From Callorhinchus milii (Eukaryota): DNA of 64,000 bases. Location of the stretch: assembly GCF_018977255.1 (NCBI RefSeq), contig NW_024704743.1, positions 69,380,001-69,444,000 on the forward strand, read 5' to 3'. Within the stretch, counting starts at the first letter, position 1, and every line of letters starts with the position of its first letter. Positions 13,336 to 25,460 of the stretch are shown here, one piece after another. The notes below the pieces were generated by a model. It was not told where the DNA came from and ran no database searches. It worked only from the letters and a program-made list of their open reading frames with translations. Both the position numbers and the translations under genes were made by a program.

Positions 13336-13357
13336 AATTCCGCCCACAAAGAGTGAG

Positions 13358-13500
13358 TCATAGACAATATGATCATAGAATTATACGGCACAGAATGAGG
13401 TCATTCAGCCCATCGTGTCTGTTCCGGCTCTTTGAAAAGAGTTATCCAAATTAATCCCATTCCCCCACTCTCTCCCCATAACCTGCAAACTTGTCCTCCC
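13358..13500 (-). mobile_element. CR1-type 3' end bordering the CpG island
   Basis: tcatagaattatacggcacagaatgaggtcattcagcccatcgtgtctgttccggctctttgaaaaga; related ends at 33720-33830 and 56220-56290. Confidence 0.75.
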
Positions 13501-13527
13501 CAAATAATGATCTACTCTCTTAAAAGT

Positions 13528-14235
13528 TGCGTGAAGGTGCACGACTCTGAACCAGGGGGATTGAGAGGTGACATGGTAGACATGGTTGAACAGGAAGATC
13601 GTCAGGCACGACCTGAAAATGGGGAAGGAAGGGGCAAGGCGGAATGATAGAGGAAGGGTGTTCCCGAGTTTCGGGGCACAATGGCTGAAAGTTCAGCCAC
13701 CAATGCTGTAAAGAGAGCACAAGAGACATGCAGAAGGCCGGAGCCAGTGGGTTGTGGGGTAAACAGGTCGGAGAGGTAGGGAGGTGCCAGGACCTGAAGG
13801 GATTTGAAAATGAGTGCGAGGATCTTGAAATTGACTCGTTCGGCAATAGGGAGCCAGTGGAGCTTGGCTGGAACAGGTGTGATCGGGGTATGGAGTTCAG
13901 CACAGTTAAGCAGAGGGAGTTTGGGATCAGTTGGATCCTGTGCATGGTGGAACTGGGGAGACCGACAAAGAGGGCATTTGAGAAGTCAAGCCAGGAGGTG
14001 ACGAACACATGGGCGGATCTTTTGGCTGAGTCTAGGGTAAGGTACTGTCGGAGCTGGGTAATGTGGTAGAGGTGGAGGAAGGCAGGCCTGGTCAGAGACT
14101 GGATGTGGAGAAGGAAGGACAGCTGTGTGTTGAACTGACGCCTAGGTTGTGCACTGGTTTAGTACAGCTGAGGGATAAGCTGGGGAGGTTGAAGAGCTCA
14201 GAGTCATGGGATGATGATGACGGGAGCCAATGAGT
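13528..14235 (-). mobile_element. L2 ORF2 C-terminal fragment
   Basis: FVTSWLDFSNALFVGLPSSTMHRIQLIPNS, and LHWLP motif in another frame. Confidence 0.88.
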
Positions 14236-14706
14236 ATTTTAACTGTACAATAGCTAATATAGTGGTTACTAAAACCAGGTTCAATTACTTCAAAGAGAAA
14301 GCTAATCAGGCTTAGTCACAATGCTGGAATTTTAACAAATATGTCACTCCCACATAATGGAAATAAATTATTCTTCGGTGCCAAAGTTGGTTGATTATCA
14401 CACAATCAAATCTCACAGTATCAGGATGTATATAGCAAGCAGGAGGTCATGTAAGCTATTGAGAATCTTTGGATACTGAAAATGAACAATATGGCAGAAA
14501 AAATACTTGAGTTTCTGTTGGGTTGAAGGAATGCTTTAAAAGTTTGCTTTTATAAAGTTTGTTTTATTTCAAAATCTTATAACTATCTTCTGGCATAGTT
14601 GCACATTTTATTTACACAATAACAATGGGGGGAATAGTAATAATCCTTGCATTTGATATAGCTGGAAAGAGTTACCTGGAATCTGAGTTCATGAACACGT
14701 ATTCAT

Positions 14707-16226
14707 ACAACAACAAAATTACATTTATAGAGTGCCTTTCACATCAGGAGGATGTCCCAAAGTGCTGAACAGTCAGGTGTCGAGGCCCAAGCATAGGGGA
14801 GGAGGTGTAGAGGTGAGGGAAGGCAGAGAGGTGGGAAGGCGACCAAAGGCACAATCGAAGAGAAGGGAAGAGAGGAGAGGCGGTGGAGAAGGATTGAATG
14901 GTCCATGGTGTCAAAGGTAGCAGAGAAGTTGAGAAGGATGAGGAGACAGAAGGAACCCTGATCGCACATGGTCAGGATGTCGTTTGTGACCTTGACCAGA
15001 GCAGTTTCTGTGCTGTGGGAAGCACGGAAACCTGATTGGAGGGGTTCATGGAGGGAGTGCGAGGAGAGGAAAGAACGAAGCTGGGAGGCAACGGCTCCTT
15101 CAAAGACCTTGGATAGGAAAGGGAGGATTGAGATGGGCCGGTAGCTGTATAGCTGCAATGGGTCAAGGGAAGGTTTCTTCAAGATGGGGGTGGTAATGGC
15201 TAATTTGAGTTGGGAAGGAACAGTGCCAGATGACAGGGAGAGGTTGATGACGTCAGCGAGGGGTGGGGCAAGGAGTTGGAGCTGGGATTTAAGGAGAGGG
15301 GTGGGGATGGGGTCTAGAGAGCAGTTGGTGGGCTACATGGAGGATATGGTAGTGAAGACAGAGGAGGGGTTGACAGGTTCAAAGGTATGGAAGGAGGGAT
15401 GGGTAATTGTCAGAGTGTGGGGTGGGGTTAGGGAGGGGGTGGAAGTTGGGGGGGCAGTGGCAGCTGAGCAGATTCCCTTGATTTTGGATTTGAGGAGGTT
15501 CACTTTCTTTTTTTGTCGCAGTGAAAGTCAGAGGAAAGAATCTGCGAGGCAGGGAGGGAAAAGGAGTTGGTTGTGGAGAACAGGAGCCTGGTGTTGCCCT
15601 TCACCTCCAGAATTAACCTGGAATAGAAGGACGATTCGGCTGAGGCGAGAGCTGAGCAGTAGGTTTTCATGAGGTCCAGCTAGACGGTGAACCGTTAAGC
15701 CGGATTTGAGCCAAGTGCGTTCGGCAGCCTACACCTGGCCCTTTAGCGAGTGGAGGTGGCTGATGAACCAGGGTGAGGATCGGGAATAGGAGGCAGTTTG
15801 GGTGGTGAGGGGGGCAAAGACGTCGAGTTTGGTGGAGAGGGTGCTGTGGAGAAGAGTAAGCGCAGCGAGTGGGTTAGTGTGAGAGGTGGGCCAGAGGGGG
15901 AGGAATTCGGAGGACTCCAGGGTAGAGGAGAGGGACTGTGGGGAGATCTTCTTCTATGAGCAGTAGAAGATGGTGGTAGGTTTGGAGGCAGTGGGGAGAG
16001 GGATATAGGAGTTGAGGGAGATTAAATGGTGGTCAGAGATGACCTTGTCAGTGATGGTGATATCCGAGATGCTGAGGCCCCAGGTGATCACCAGGTCAAA
16101 CGGGTGACCATGAGTGTGGGCAGCAGAGTGGATGTGGAGGGAAAGGTTGAGAGAGGAGAAGAGAGAGAAGTCTGACGAGTTGGAGCAGGAGGGGGTGAAG
16201 TGGAGGTTGAAGTCGCTTAGAATGAT
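14707..16226 (-). mobile_element. Internally deleted L2 (endonuclease C-part and RT N-part fused to 3' tail)
   Basis: [61 protein letters not shown]; tail at 14707-14865. Confidence 0.9.
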
Positions 16227-17095
16227 ACATCCAGTGTCTGGAATCCACCTCGATTGGCCTGCAGAGAGGAAGCAACTGCTACGTAAACTCCATACCTCCA
16301 ACTGATTTGACCATTGCTCAATGGGAAGAGATGTGTATCCGAGCTGGGGACAGGAAGATGGTGGCCACGGTCTTGCACATTTCATGCTGAGCTGTGTGGC
16401 TCACCAGGAAGCTTGCAAGGAGTTTTTGATAACCATCATCCACCTCGTGAGGGTTCAAACCTACACGTTGAATGTCAAATGACCAACCAGTGACTATCCT
16501 CGGGGGGGGAGGGGGGTAAGCAGGATCTCCTTGGAGCTGAACTTGCTCCAAAATGACACGTTTGGCAATGAAATTGAGGCTACCCTCTGTGATAGTCCCA
16601 GTGCTCCAGTTCCTGAGTGAAGCAAATCCACAATACTCAAGGACATTATTGATGATAGCACAGCCAGCCTGGCTCATCGGCAGAACTTGGAGAGCCAGAC
16701 CAGTCACTGGGGTAAGGCACCTCCAATTCAGTTCCTATTAACCCAGGAGGCCAAAGTCCATAGATATGGTGGTCCTAGCTGGAGAAGCCTCAGGAAGACT
16801 TTCGAGGCAGCGGATCAATGGATAGTTACGAAATTTTAGCTGGTTAGACACCAACAGTACCTCAACGCTCACTCTGGGATCCCCAAGCCTTGGCTCTTGC
16901 CAACCTGCGCCTAGTGCTTTCCATGATTAGGTAAACAGATGCATCCCTCCAGGGAGAGTGCACATTCCATTCCAACAAATATCCCTGGAATTTCCATGTG
17001 TAGGTGGGGTGCATGGAAATCAGTTTGGTTTGGATACTCTTAAACATGGTAATGGGTTTCCGCATGTGTCAGACACCCGGCTGACCAAGAAAAAT
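16227..17095 (+). mobile_element. 3' part of an unassigned non-LTR retrotransposon (CCHC knuckle, long 3' region, A-tail)
   Basis: KQLLRKLHTSN...PSWGQEDGGHGLAHFMLSC; ends GGCTGACCAAGAAAAA; colinear with 57860-59020 (-) and 26510-27058 (+). Confidence 0.7.
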
Positions 17096-17429
17096 ATAGC
17101 ACCATATCACATTGTCGAAACATCACATGACCGTCTATTTATGCACAGCAATGCCTGAAAAGCAGCCTGAAGTGAATGCCCAATTTTATTTGGAAGATTG
17201 CTGGCAGGACACCAGAAGAACACTCTTCTCATTTAAAATAGTGCCATGGGATATTTAACATCTACAGAATAGGTAGAGGGGTCCTTGATTTAACATCCTT
17301 TCAAATGGACTCTACCTATAACAATGCAGCACTCCCCCACCATTGAACTGGAGTGTCAGCTCAAACATCTCAACATCTGGTTTGCCTAATTCACAGCTAC
17401 AAGCACTGTTGGGATAGCTTTAATTTTTA

Positions 17430-18002
17430 ATCAATCAGGATCCCCAGGTACTTTTCATGTTCCACACAGATTATTTTCTTACCACTTAAATAGGCCCTTC
17501 CTGGATGTTTTGTCTCCATTAGAAGCACTTCGCATTTCTCTATATTAAATTTAATCTGCCATCGATCTGCCCAATTCTCAAGTTCCTGTAATCTGTCCTG
17601 TTCATCTTCACAGTCTACCACCTTCACTAGCTTTGCGTCATCTGCAAATTTAGCCACTGTGCTTGGAACTCCTAGCTCCAGGTTGCTTATAAAGTATTAA
17701 ATAAAAGAGGTCCCAAAACAGACCCCTGAGGAACTCCACTGGTAACATTCTCCCAGCCTGATGACATTCACTGTGCCACCACCTCCTGGGTTCTATCAGT
17801 CAGCCAATTATGTATCCATTGCAAGATACTTCCCGGTTCGCACTTTATTTTCAGTACCAGCCTTTCATGAGGAACTGTTTCAAAGGCCTTACTGAAATGC
17901 AAATATACAACATCCACTGCCTTACCCTCATCAAGCTCCTTTGCCAGTAAATTGGTTTGGCAGGATCTTCCCTTCCAAAACCCATATTGGCTATCCTTCA
18001 TT
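17430..18002 (-). mobile_element. CR1 LINE reverse-transcriptase relic
   Basis: SQYGFWKGRSCQTNLL, VDVVYLHFSKAFETVPHERL, GVPQGSVLGP, AKFADDAKL, WADRWQIKFNIEKC. Confidence 0.9.
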
Positions 18003-18034
18003 TTATAAAATGCCTCTGGCAATCTCTGTATGTT

Positions 18035-18440
18035 AGCTGCCACAGTGGTAGTACTTTCTCCTCTGAGTAAGAAGGTTGTGGATTGAAATCCCACATTGGG
18101 ACTTGAACTTGAATAGTTTAAGCTGACACACCAATGCAATGCTGGTGGTGTGTTGCATTGTCAGAGGTGAAGACCAAAGTTAAACTGAGATTCTGTCTGC
18201 CTGTTCAGGTGGAGGTTAATGATCCTATAGCATTATTTGAAAAGAGCAGGGCGTTTCTCCCAGTGTCCTGGCCAACAATCCCCCAAATAACATTGTTCAC
18301 TTGTTTCATGGCTGTTTGTTCATTGCCTACAAATACACAGTTCCTCCATTTCACAGAATTCCTATGAAGCACTTTGAGACATCCTTATGATATGAAAAGG
18401 CATGATACCAAACACAAACATTATTTATTATTACTATTAT
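18035..18440 (+). mobile_element. Deu-domain SINE
   Basis: tRNA-like head, ctgttcaggtggaggttaatgatcctatagcattatttgaaaagagcagg core, L2-like tail. Confidence 0.75.
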
Positions 18441-19285
18441 TAGTCCTCTTTGGCAGAGATGCCATGGAGTTCAATGTTATGGAAGAATTATAAACCCAAA
18501 ACAATTTATAGGATTCAATTTGAGGATAGTTACATTGCTTCAAGCAGTTATTAAATAGCAGTTATTTAAATTTGATGTAATAACTTATTAGTTGGCAATA
18601 AATTAATGGATAAAAATAAAAAAATAATATTCATATGCTTAAACAGCAACTGTGCTAATGACACAATAGGATAACCAGCATATAGATTTGTTTATTGGTA
18701 TCAATACACCAATGTTAGAATGTAGCAGAATCAAATCTCTTCAGTGAATATCAATGAAAAAAGCCATTATTTAACAACCTCCCAAACGTAACCTTTAATA
18801 AGTTACACAACATATCAATATAGTTAGGGAAACAAATTATACAATTACCACTGAAGAGTTCATTGAATAATCTGAATCCAACATTATTTAAGTGACGCAA
18901 CTGCAATGAATGACATTATCATCTTAGCTCATTTGAACACAAAAGTTACTTATATTGATAAGTGATGCACAGTCAGTAAGCAGTGTAACAAATATACATC
19001 CAAGACAAAGCTTAATTTGAGGTAAGTATTAGAGCAACATTGTATTTTACTTAACCAATTTTGAGAACCAGATACCACTCCATTAATTAGGAATCACATA
19101 TTGTTATCTGGAGGACACAGTTGTCTATTACTTTTCTGTACCTTGGCAGACCTAACTGATAATCTCTGACCTCAAATTCATCTTTGCCTCATAGTATCCT
19201 CTTAAACCTGTTTTCACACAAAGGTGCTATAACTTCAGAACCAGTACCATCTTACCCAGAAAGTCAAAAATGGCATGTTCAAAAC

Positions 19286-19870
19286 AACAATAACCACATC
19301 AACAACATGCATTTATGTAGCACCCTTCAAGCACTTCATAGTGGTGGAGTCTGATCCACAAGCCAGGGGGAAAGGGGAGGTGACTGTAAGCATGATCAAA
19401 AAAAGGTCTTTAGGTGGGATTTGAAGCTGGGGAGGGAGGTGGAGGGATTGAGGGAAGAGAGAGAGTTTTAGAGTTTCAGGGTGTAGTGGCTGAAGGCACA
19501 GCCACCATTGCTGGAACAGAAGGCACAAGGAATAAACAGGAGGCCGGAGCCAGCCAAGCAGAGGCAACGAGTGGTGGAGTTGGGGTGGGGGGGTAAGCAG
19601 GTTGGATAGGTAGGGAGGTGCAAGGGCATGAAGGGATTTGAAAAGAAGTAAGGGCATCTTGAAATCAATCTGCTCAGTGATTGGGAGCCAGTGGAGCCTA
19701 GCAAGAATTGGTGTGATGGGGATACAAAGTTTCATGCAGGGAGTATCTAGGCCGTAGAGTTTTGAATTAATTGGATTGAGTGTACCGTGAAGCTGGGGAG
19801 ACTAGCGAGGAGGGCATTAGAATCGCCCAGCCAGGAAGAGAAAAAGGCATTGACAAGGGTTTCAGCTGTA
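19286..19870 (-). mobile_element. L2 3' fragment (second tail type)
   Basis: PITPILARLHWLPITEQIDFK...LAPPYLSNLL. Confidence 0.85.
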
Positions 19871-21399
19871 TCAGTTGTGAACATAGTACTTGACCAGCTT
19901 GGACTACAGTACCCCATCAGAGCTTTGACTCACAGTGTTGAGGACCTGTATTTATCTCCAATTCTCAATAATGAGCCAGATATGCTGGTTAACCATTAAT
20001 AGTGTCTTGGATTACTGCAGACCTGCCTGGATTTTCCAAACATCTCTCCTCTGATCTAATTAATTTCTAGGGAAACACTGCTTATTGTCTTTCCCCTTAC
20101 ATAGAATAGAGGTAGGAGGAAAGGGCTCTTCAGTCCATTGATCTTCCTACTTACCAAGTACTACCCTTTAGTCTTCCAATATCAAGCAGTTTTTTTGAAA
20201 GAACTCAAGTAATAAAAATCATCTGGAATCCAAGTTCTCATGGCTGTCTGTAGGAGGACATGGATCACACCCAAAAAAAAACTTGTGCAATAGTTTCCTC
20301 TCATGCACCCAAGCCTCCAGCTTTATACTAGTGCTTAATTATCCCTAAGGGAGGTGCACAATTATCACAAACTCCAATCAAACCTGGTTGGAGTCCAGCC
20401 CTTGTTAACTCCTTTAACATAAGTTGATCATCAATAACCATAAAAGGCAGTGACAGGGTTGATCCCCTGGTCACATTGTCATTTATTGGGCTACAGAAAC
20501 AAAGTCAAATCTCACAGTTTGATTCTTGATTGACACAAAAAGAATTAGATTTGATAGAATTGGTTTTCATCAACTTGGTATCTGCCACCTATGGAAATCA
20601 CCACCGTGCTTTAGGGGCTCCAAACCATGGTTTTCATTTGCTCATTTGTCTTGTAATGGTGTGCATTCTTTCTCCAGAGACACACACACCCTACCTATAC
20701 CCAGTCAATTTAGGTGCAGAGTGGCAAAAGCCAACACTTGAGAATCCTAATGAGTATTGGAGTACTGTTGGAATTTAACTGACTAAAACTGGCCACCTTT
20801 GCAAAGGGTGGTTACTTTCCTACTTCTTTAACTTTAAGCACTCCGGGATGCTAATAATAATAATAATTTATAATAATAATCGTTGTATTTGATACAGCAC
20901 CTTATCACGGCTTCAAGACATGTCAAAGCGTTTCACAAAATATACTGTAAAGTGATTTTGTGGGTGAAACATGGCGCAATTGGAAATTCTTTGCAAAAGT
21001 AAAACTAAAGGTATTGTATATAATTTGGAAACATTATGTTGCCATATTGTATTCTTAATAGGAGATTTTAATAGGTCAGCGATCAGTTATGATTTATTTT
21101 CTGGATAAAGCAAAAAATAAAAATAATCATTGCATTTGATACAGCACCTTCTCGTACTGACCAAATGCCTCAAAGTGCTTTACAGGATTTTATTACTGTG
21201 CATGTAGTAACTTGTTAGTGAGCACAGCAACTAATTAGCACACAGACAAATTCCACAAACAGCTATGAAGTGAATGACCAATATTATCTGGGAGATGATT
21301 GATTATTTCTTCAGGAGAAACTATGTGGGGCTTGAATTCACAACCTTCTGATTTAGAAGTGAGAATGCTACCAACTGAGCCAGGCTGATACTTTAAGAT

Positions 21400-22157
21400 A
21401 CAACAACAACAAGATTACATTTGTATAGCGCTTTTCACGTCGGGAGGACGTCCCAAGGCGCTGGACAGAGTACAGCATTTCAGACCCAAGCTGGGGTAGG
21501 GGGGGGCGAAGGGAGGGGAAGGGAAGGGGGTGGTCGATGGCATGGTCGAAGAGGAGGGTCTTGAGGTGGGACTTAAAGGAGGCTAAGGAGGGGGTGTGGC
21601 GGATTGACTGGGGGATGGAATTCCAGGGGTTGGGGGCAGAGTGGCTGAAGGCTCTCCCGCCAATGGTGGGGCGGGTGGGTCGGGGGACCTGGAGCAGGCC
21701 TGAGCCGGCTGAGCGGAGGGAACGGGCGGGTTGGTAGGGGGTTAGGGGTCAAAGAGGTGGGGTGGGGGGGGAACGAGGCCATGGAGGGCTTTGGATGTGA
21801 CCAGTATCTTGAACTGGATCCTCTGAAGGATAGGGAGCCAATGGAGTCGGGCGAGAGTGGGGGACATGGGGTCACGGAGTTTGGTGCGGGAGAGGACACG
21901 GGCTGCAGAGTTCGGGATTATCTGCAGTCTGTGGAGGGAGGAGTTGGGAAGGCCGACAAGCAGGGCGTTTGCATAGTCGAGCCTGGAAGTAATGAAGGCA
22001 TGAACAAGCGTTTCAGCGGCCTGAGAGGTGAGGTAGTGGCAGAGTCGGGCGATGTTACGGTGGTGAGGGAAGGCAGAGTGGGTCATGGCTTGGATGTGGG
22101 GAATAAAAGACAGTTGAGGGTCGAACAAGACACCTAGGTTCCTGACTGGCTTAAGAT
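21400..22157 (-). mobile_element. Young 5'-truncated L2
   Basis: PVRNLGVLFDPQLSF, HAFITSRLDYANALL, RLHWLPI; CpGs retained; intact 3' stem-loop and (TTG)n. Confidence 0.92.
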
Positions 22158-22194
22158 AAGAAAATAAGGACTTCTTGTTGACAAGTATATACAT

Positions 22195-22518
22195 ATAATA
22201 ATAATAATAATAATCCTTGCATTTGATATAGCGCTTTTCACGTCGGGAGGACGTCCCAAAGCGCTTCACAGAACACACTGTAAAGTGAATTGACTGCATA
22301 TTTGTGGGCGAACGCGGCAGCCAATTGCGCACAGCAATGTCCCACAAACAGTCGTAGATTGAAAATGACCAATTTTATTATTGTTTTTGGTTTTGGAGGG
22401 ATTATTATTAGGTGTGTGGAGTAAGGAAACTTGCCCAAGGTTTTGCTCTGCCTGGAATTGAACTCAGGTCTCTCGCTTGCAAAGCGAGTGCCCTAACCAC
22501 TGAGCTACAGGACTCCAC
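22195..22518 (-). mobile_element. tRNA-derived SINE, short subfamily, full length
   Basis: GTGGAGTCCTGTAGCTCAGTGG head to GGATTATTATT tail; CTCCC loop. Confidence 0.93.
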
Positions 22519-22671
22519 ATATACTATCTATACATGTTGGAGCACGTGTGAGGTATGTGCCAAAACACATAAAAATAATCTGGAAAGTTGGGTTTGAGAC
22601 TAAGGAATAAGTAAAACTAGATCAGAGAGAAACAGGAAAGGGTGTGAAAGCAAGCTTAGACTTTGTGAATC

Positions 22672-23790
22672 CAACAACAAATTGCATTTGTATAGCGCCT
22701 TTCACGTTGGGAGGATGTCCCAAGGCACTGGATGGTCATTGATTTGGACCCAAGTGGGATTAGTGGGGGTAGAAGGGAGGGTAGGGGTAGTAGGGTGGCT
22801 GAAGGCGTGGTCGAAGGGGAGGATCTTGAGACATGGATCGGTGAGGTGGAGTGTGCATCTTTGGATGGTGATGCTGTCAGTGCCTGAGGTGAGGAGGCGC
22901 TTACAGAAACCAATCAGGAGAGCCTCAGACTTGTTAACGTTCAACTGGAGAAAGTTAGCTTTAATTTTGTCAGAACAGCAGTGATCCTGGAGTCGAGGGT
23001 GGATGTAGAGAGTTAAGAGTTGGGTGTCATTCGCGTACATGTGGAAGTTGACTCCATGTCTGAGGATGATGTCACCAAGAGGGAGCATGTACATGTTGAA
23101 GAGGAGAGGACCAAGGACAGAGGCCTGAGGAACGCCGCACAAGATGTGCAGGGACTGAAGGAAAAGCCATTTGTGGAGACAAAGTGGAGACAGAATGAAA
23201 GGTAGTATCTGAAACACTCAAGGACAGAACCACTCAAGGAAAAAGGTTGAGGTGAGAGGAGAGGTAGCGGAGGAGGATGGAGTGGTCAACAGTGTCAAAG
23301 GCAGCAGAGAGGTCAAGGAGGACAGACAAAGGGAGCCCTAGTCACAGATGGGCAAAATATCATTTGTCACTTTGACCAAGGCTGTTGAAACCCGATTGGG
23401 GAGGTCCATAGAAGGAATGGCGTGAGAGGAAGGAGCAAAGCTGGGAAGCAACGACTCATTTAAGGACCTTGAAAAGGAAAGGGAGGTTGCAGATGGAGCA
23501 GTAGTTAGTGAGCAGGGATGGGTCCAGGGAAGGTTTTTTGAGGATAGGGGTGATGATGGCTGTTTTTAAGAGAGTGGGAATGGTGCCAGCGGACAAGGAG
23601 GGTTGATGAGATCTGTGAGTAGAGGGGCTAGGAGGTGGAGCTGGAAGGTAAGGAGAGAAGTAGGGATGGGGTTGAGGGAGCAGGTGGTGGATTTTAAATG
23701 GGTCATAACAGTGGTGAGAGAGGAGGGGGAGACAAGTTCGAAGATGTGGAAGGAGGGATGGGTAGGGGCCAGAGTGTGAGGTGGAGATGC
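22672..23790 (-). mobile_element. Internally deleted L2 (RT core fused to 3' tail)
   Basis: [33 protein letters not shown]; jump to tail at ~22835. Confidence 0.9.
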
Positions 23791-23994
23791 AGAAGGTGTA
23801 GAAGTGGGCTTGAACCCACAACCATTTGACTCAGACAAGAGAGTGCTACCACCTGAGCCAGGCTGACACATTGTAAGATACCCTTCATATAGTGACTTTC
23901 ATTTCGTAAAGCTAACCAAAAGGAGGAGCCAAGGATTACTTTTGTGGCTGAGGATCTCATACTGCTATTTAGTTTAACCTTCAGAGTTATTACA

Positions 23995-24580
23995 AATGCC
24001 AAATACAGCCAAAGCCCTTGAGCATGTGTTTGTTACCTCCCGCCTCAAACGCACTCCTCGCCAGACTCCCCAGCTCCACTATTCAAAAAATCCAGCTTAT
24101 TCAGAACTCTGCTTCCCACATACTCATCCGGATCAAACTCTGTACCAACATCTCACCAGTTCTGGCCAGGATCCACTGGCTCCCCATCACCAAATGGATC
24201 AACTACAAGATCCTCGCACTCGTGTTCAAATCCCTTCACTCTCTGGCACCTCCCTACCTCTCCAACCTCCTCAATCCCCAAATCCACCGCCCAGTGCCTC
24301 AGCTCGACTGGCAATGGCCTCATGCTCATCCCTCGCATCCTCCGTCCCAACCATCGGAGGTTGCGCTTTCAGCCACTATGCCCTGAAGCTCTGGAACACT
24401 CTCCCTCAATCCCTCCAGCTTGACCTCTCTCTCCCCTTTTTCTGAAAACCTTCCTCTTTGACGGCTACCTTCCAAACCCTTCCTTCCCCAGCTCAGAGTC
24501 AGGCCCCACCACTGTTAAGCACTCTGAGACGCTACCCTGCTTGGAGGGCGCTGTAGAAGTGCAAGTTGCTGTTGCCGTTG
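23995..24580 (+). mobile_element. L2 3' fragment (second tail type)
   Basis: IQLIQNSASHIL, ISPVLARIHWLPI; tail ctctgagacgctaccctgcttggagggcgct. Confidence 0.88.
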
Positions 24581-24816
24581 CTTTGAGAAGTTTCAAAGAA
24601 GTGATAAGGCACTATATCAAATGCAAGGATTATTATTATTATTATTATCCATTAGGGATTGCAAGATTAGTGAGAGCTGAGTGGAAAGAGTCTGGTCTGC
24701 TCTTCCAAGTCCTGCTGATGAGCCAGGCTGGCATGGGTTGTCACCATCAATGCTTTGGAGTACTGTGCACCTGTCTGGCTCAGGAACTGAACTAATAAGG
24801 CAAGTGTTCTTATTCT

Positions 24817-25072
24817 GCACGCCTCTGTTTACCTCGCAGTAAGTAGGAACCCAACTGTTAGTCAATTGGCGGATTGCTTTTCTGGAGGTAATAATTTCTT
24901 CAAAATAAATAAAAATAATTTGGTCACTCAATCCATGATTGTTTGTCGGACTCTGCTGTGCATAATTGGTTGCTGCGTTTTGCCCACAAAATATACAGTA
25001 TACTCTGTGAAGCGTTTTGAGAAGACTCAAAGATGTGATAAGGCTCTATATCAAATGCAAGGATTATTATTA
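24817..25072 (+). mobile_element. 5'-truncated long-subfamily SINE
   Basis: gcctctgtttacctcgcagtaagtaggaacc ... aggattattatt. Confidence 0.8.
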
Positions 25073-25184
25073 TAAATAGTTGTTGTTTTATCCTCTCCTG
25101 TAAAATGACATAAGCACCTTAGAGTAGCATTGTGAATTATGTTCGTAAAAAAAAATTTTTTTTATTTAGAAGTATCAGTAACAG

Positions 25185-25460
25185 CAATAACTTGCACTTA
25201 TATAGCGCACTCCATGCAGGGTAGCGTCTCAGGGCGCTTAACAGTAGTGGAGTTTGACTCTGAGCCAGTGGGAGGGAGGAGTGGGGAGGTGGCTGTCAGC
25301 ATGGATGAAAAGGAAAGTCCTCAGGTGGGACTTGAAAGAGGTGAGAGAGGGGGCAAGGCAGAGGGATTGAGGGAGAGTTTCCACAGTTTTGGGGAGTAGT
25401 GGAGGTTGTGGATTGGGGAGTGAGGAGGTTGGAAAGGTAGGGAAGTGCCAGGGAGTGAAT
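25185..25460 (-). mobile_element. L2 3' end (second tail type)
   Basis: acttatatagcgcactccatgcagggtagcgtctcagggcgcttaacag. Confidence 0.75.

Larger units (their letters stand above)
12100..13350. promoter_or_regulatory. CpG island / promoter and exon 1 region of ANKRD28
   Basis: Abrupt GC- and CpG-rich block in an AT-rich, CpG-poor background, spanning the first coding exon. Confidence 0.9.

Noticed and set aside
12161..13391. Other long Gly/Ala/Pro/Arg-rich ORFs on both strands
   Set aside because: Expected from stop-poor CpG island and minisatellite; no recognisable protein
18960..19027. Strong plus-strand donor GAG|GTAAGT
   Set aside because: No supported acceptor or ORF; an isolated motif is insufficient
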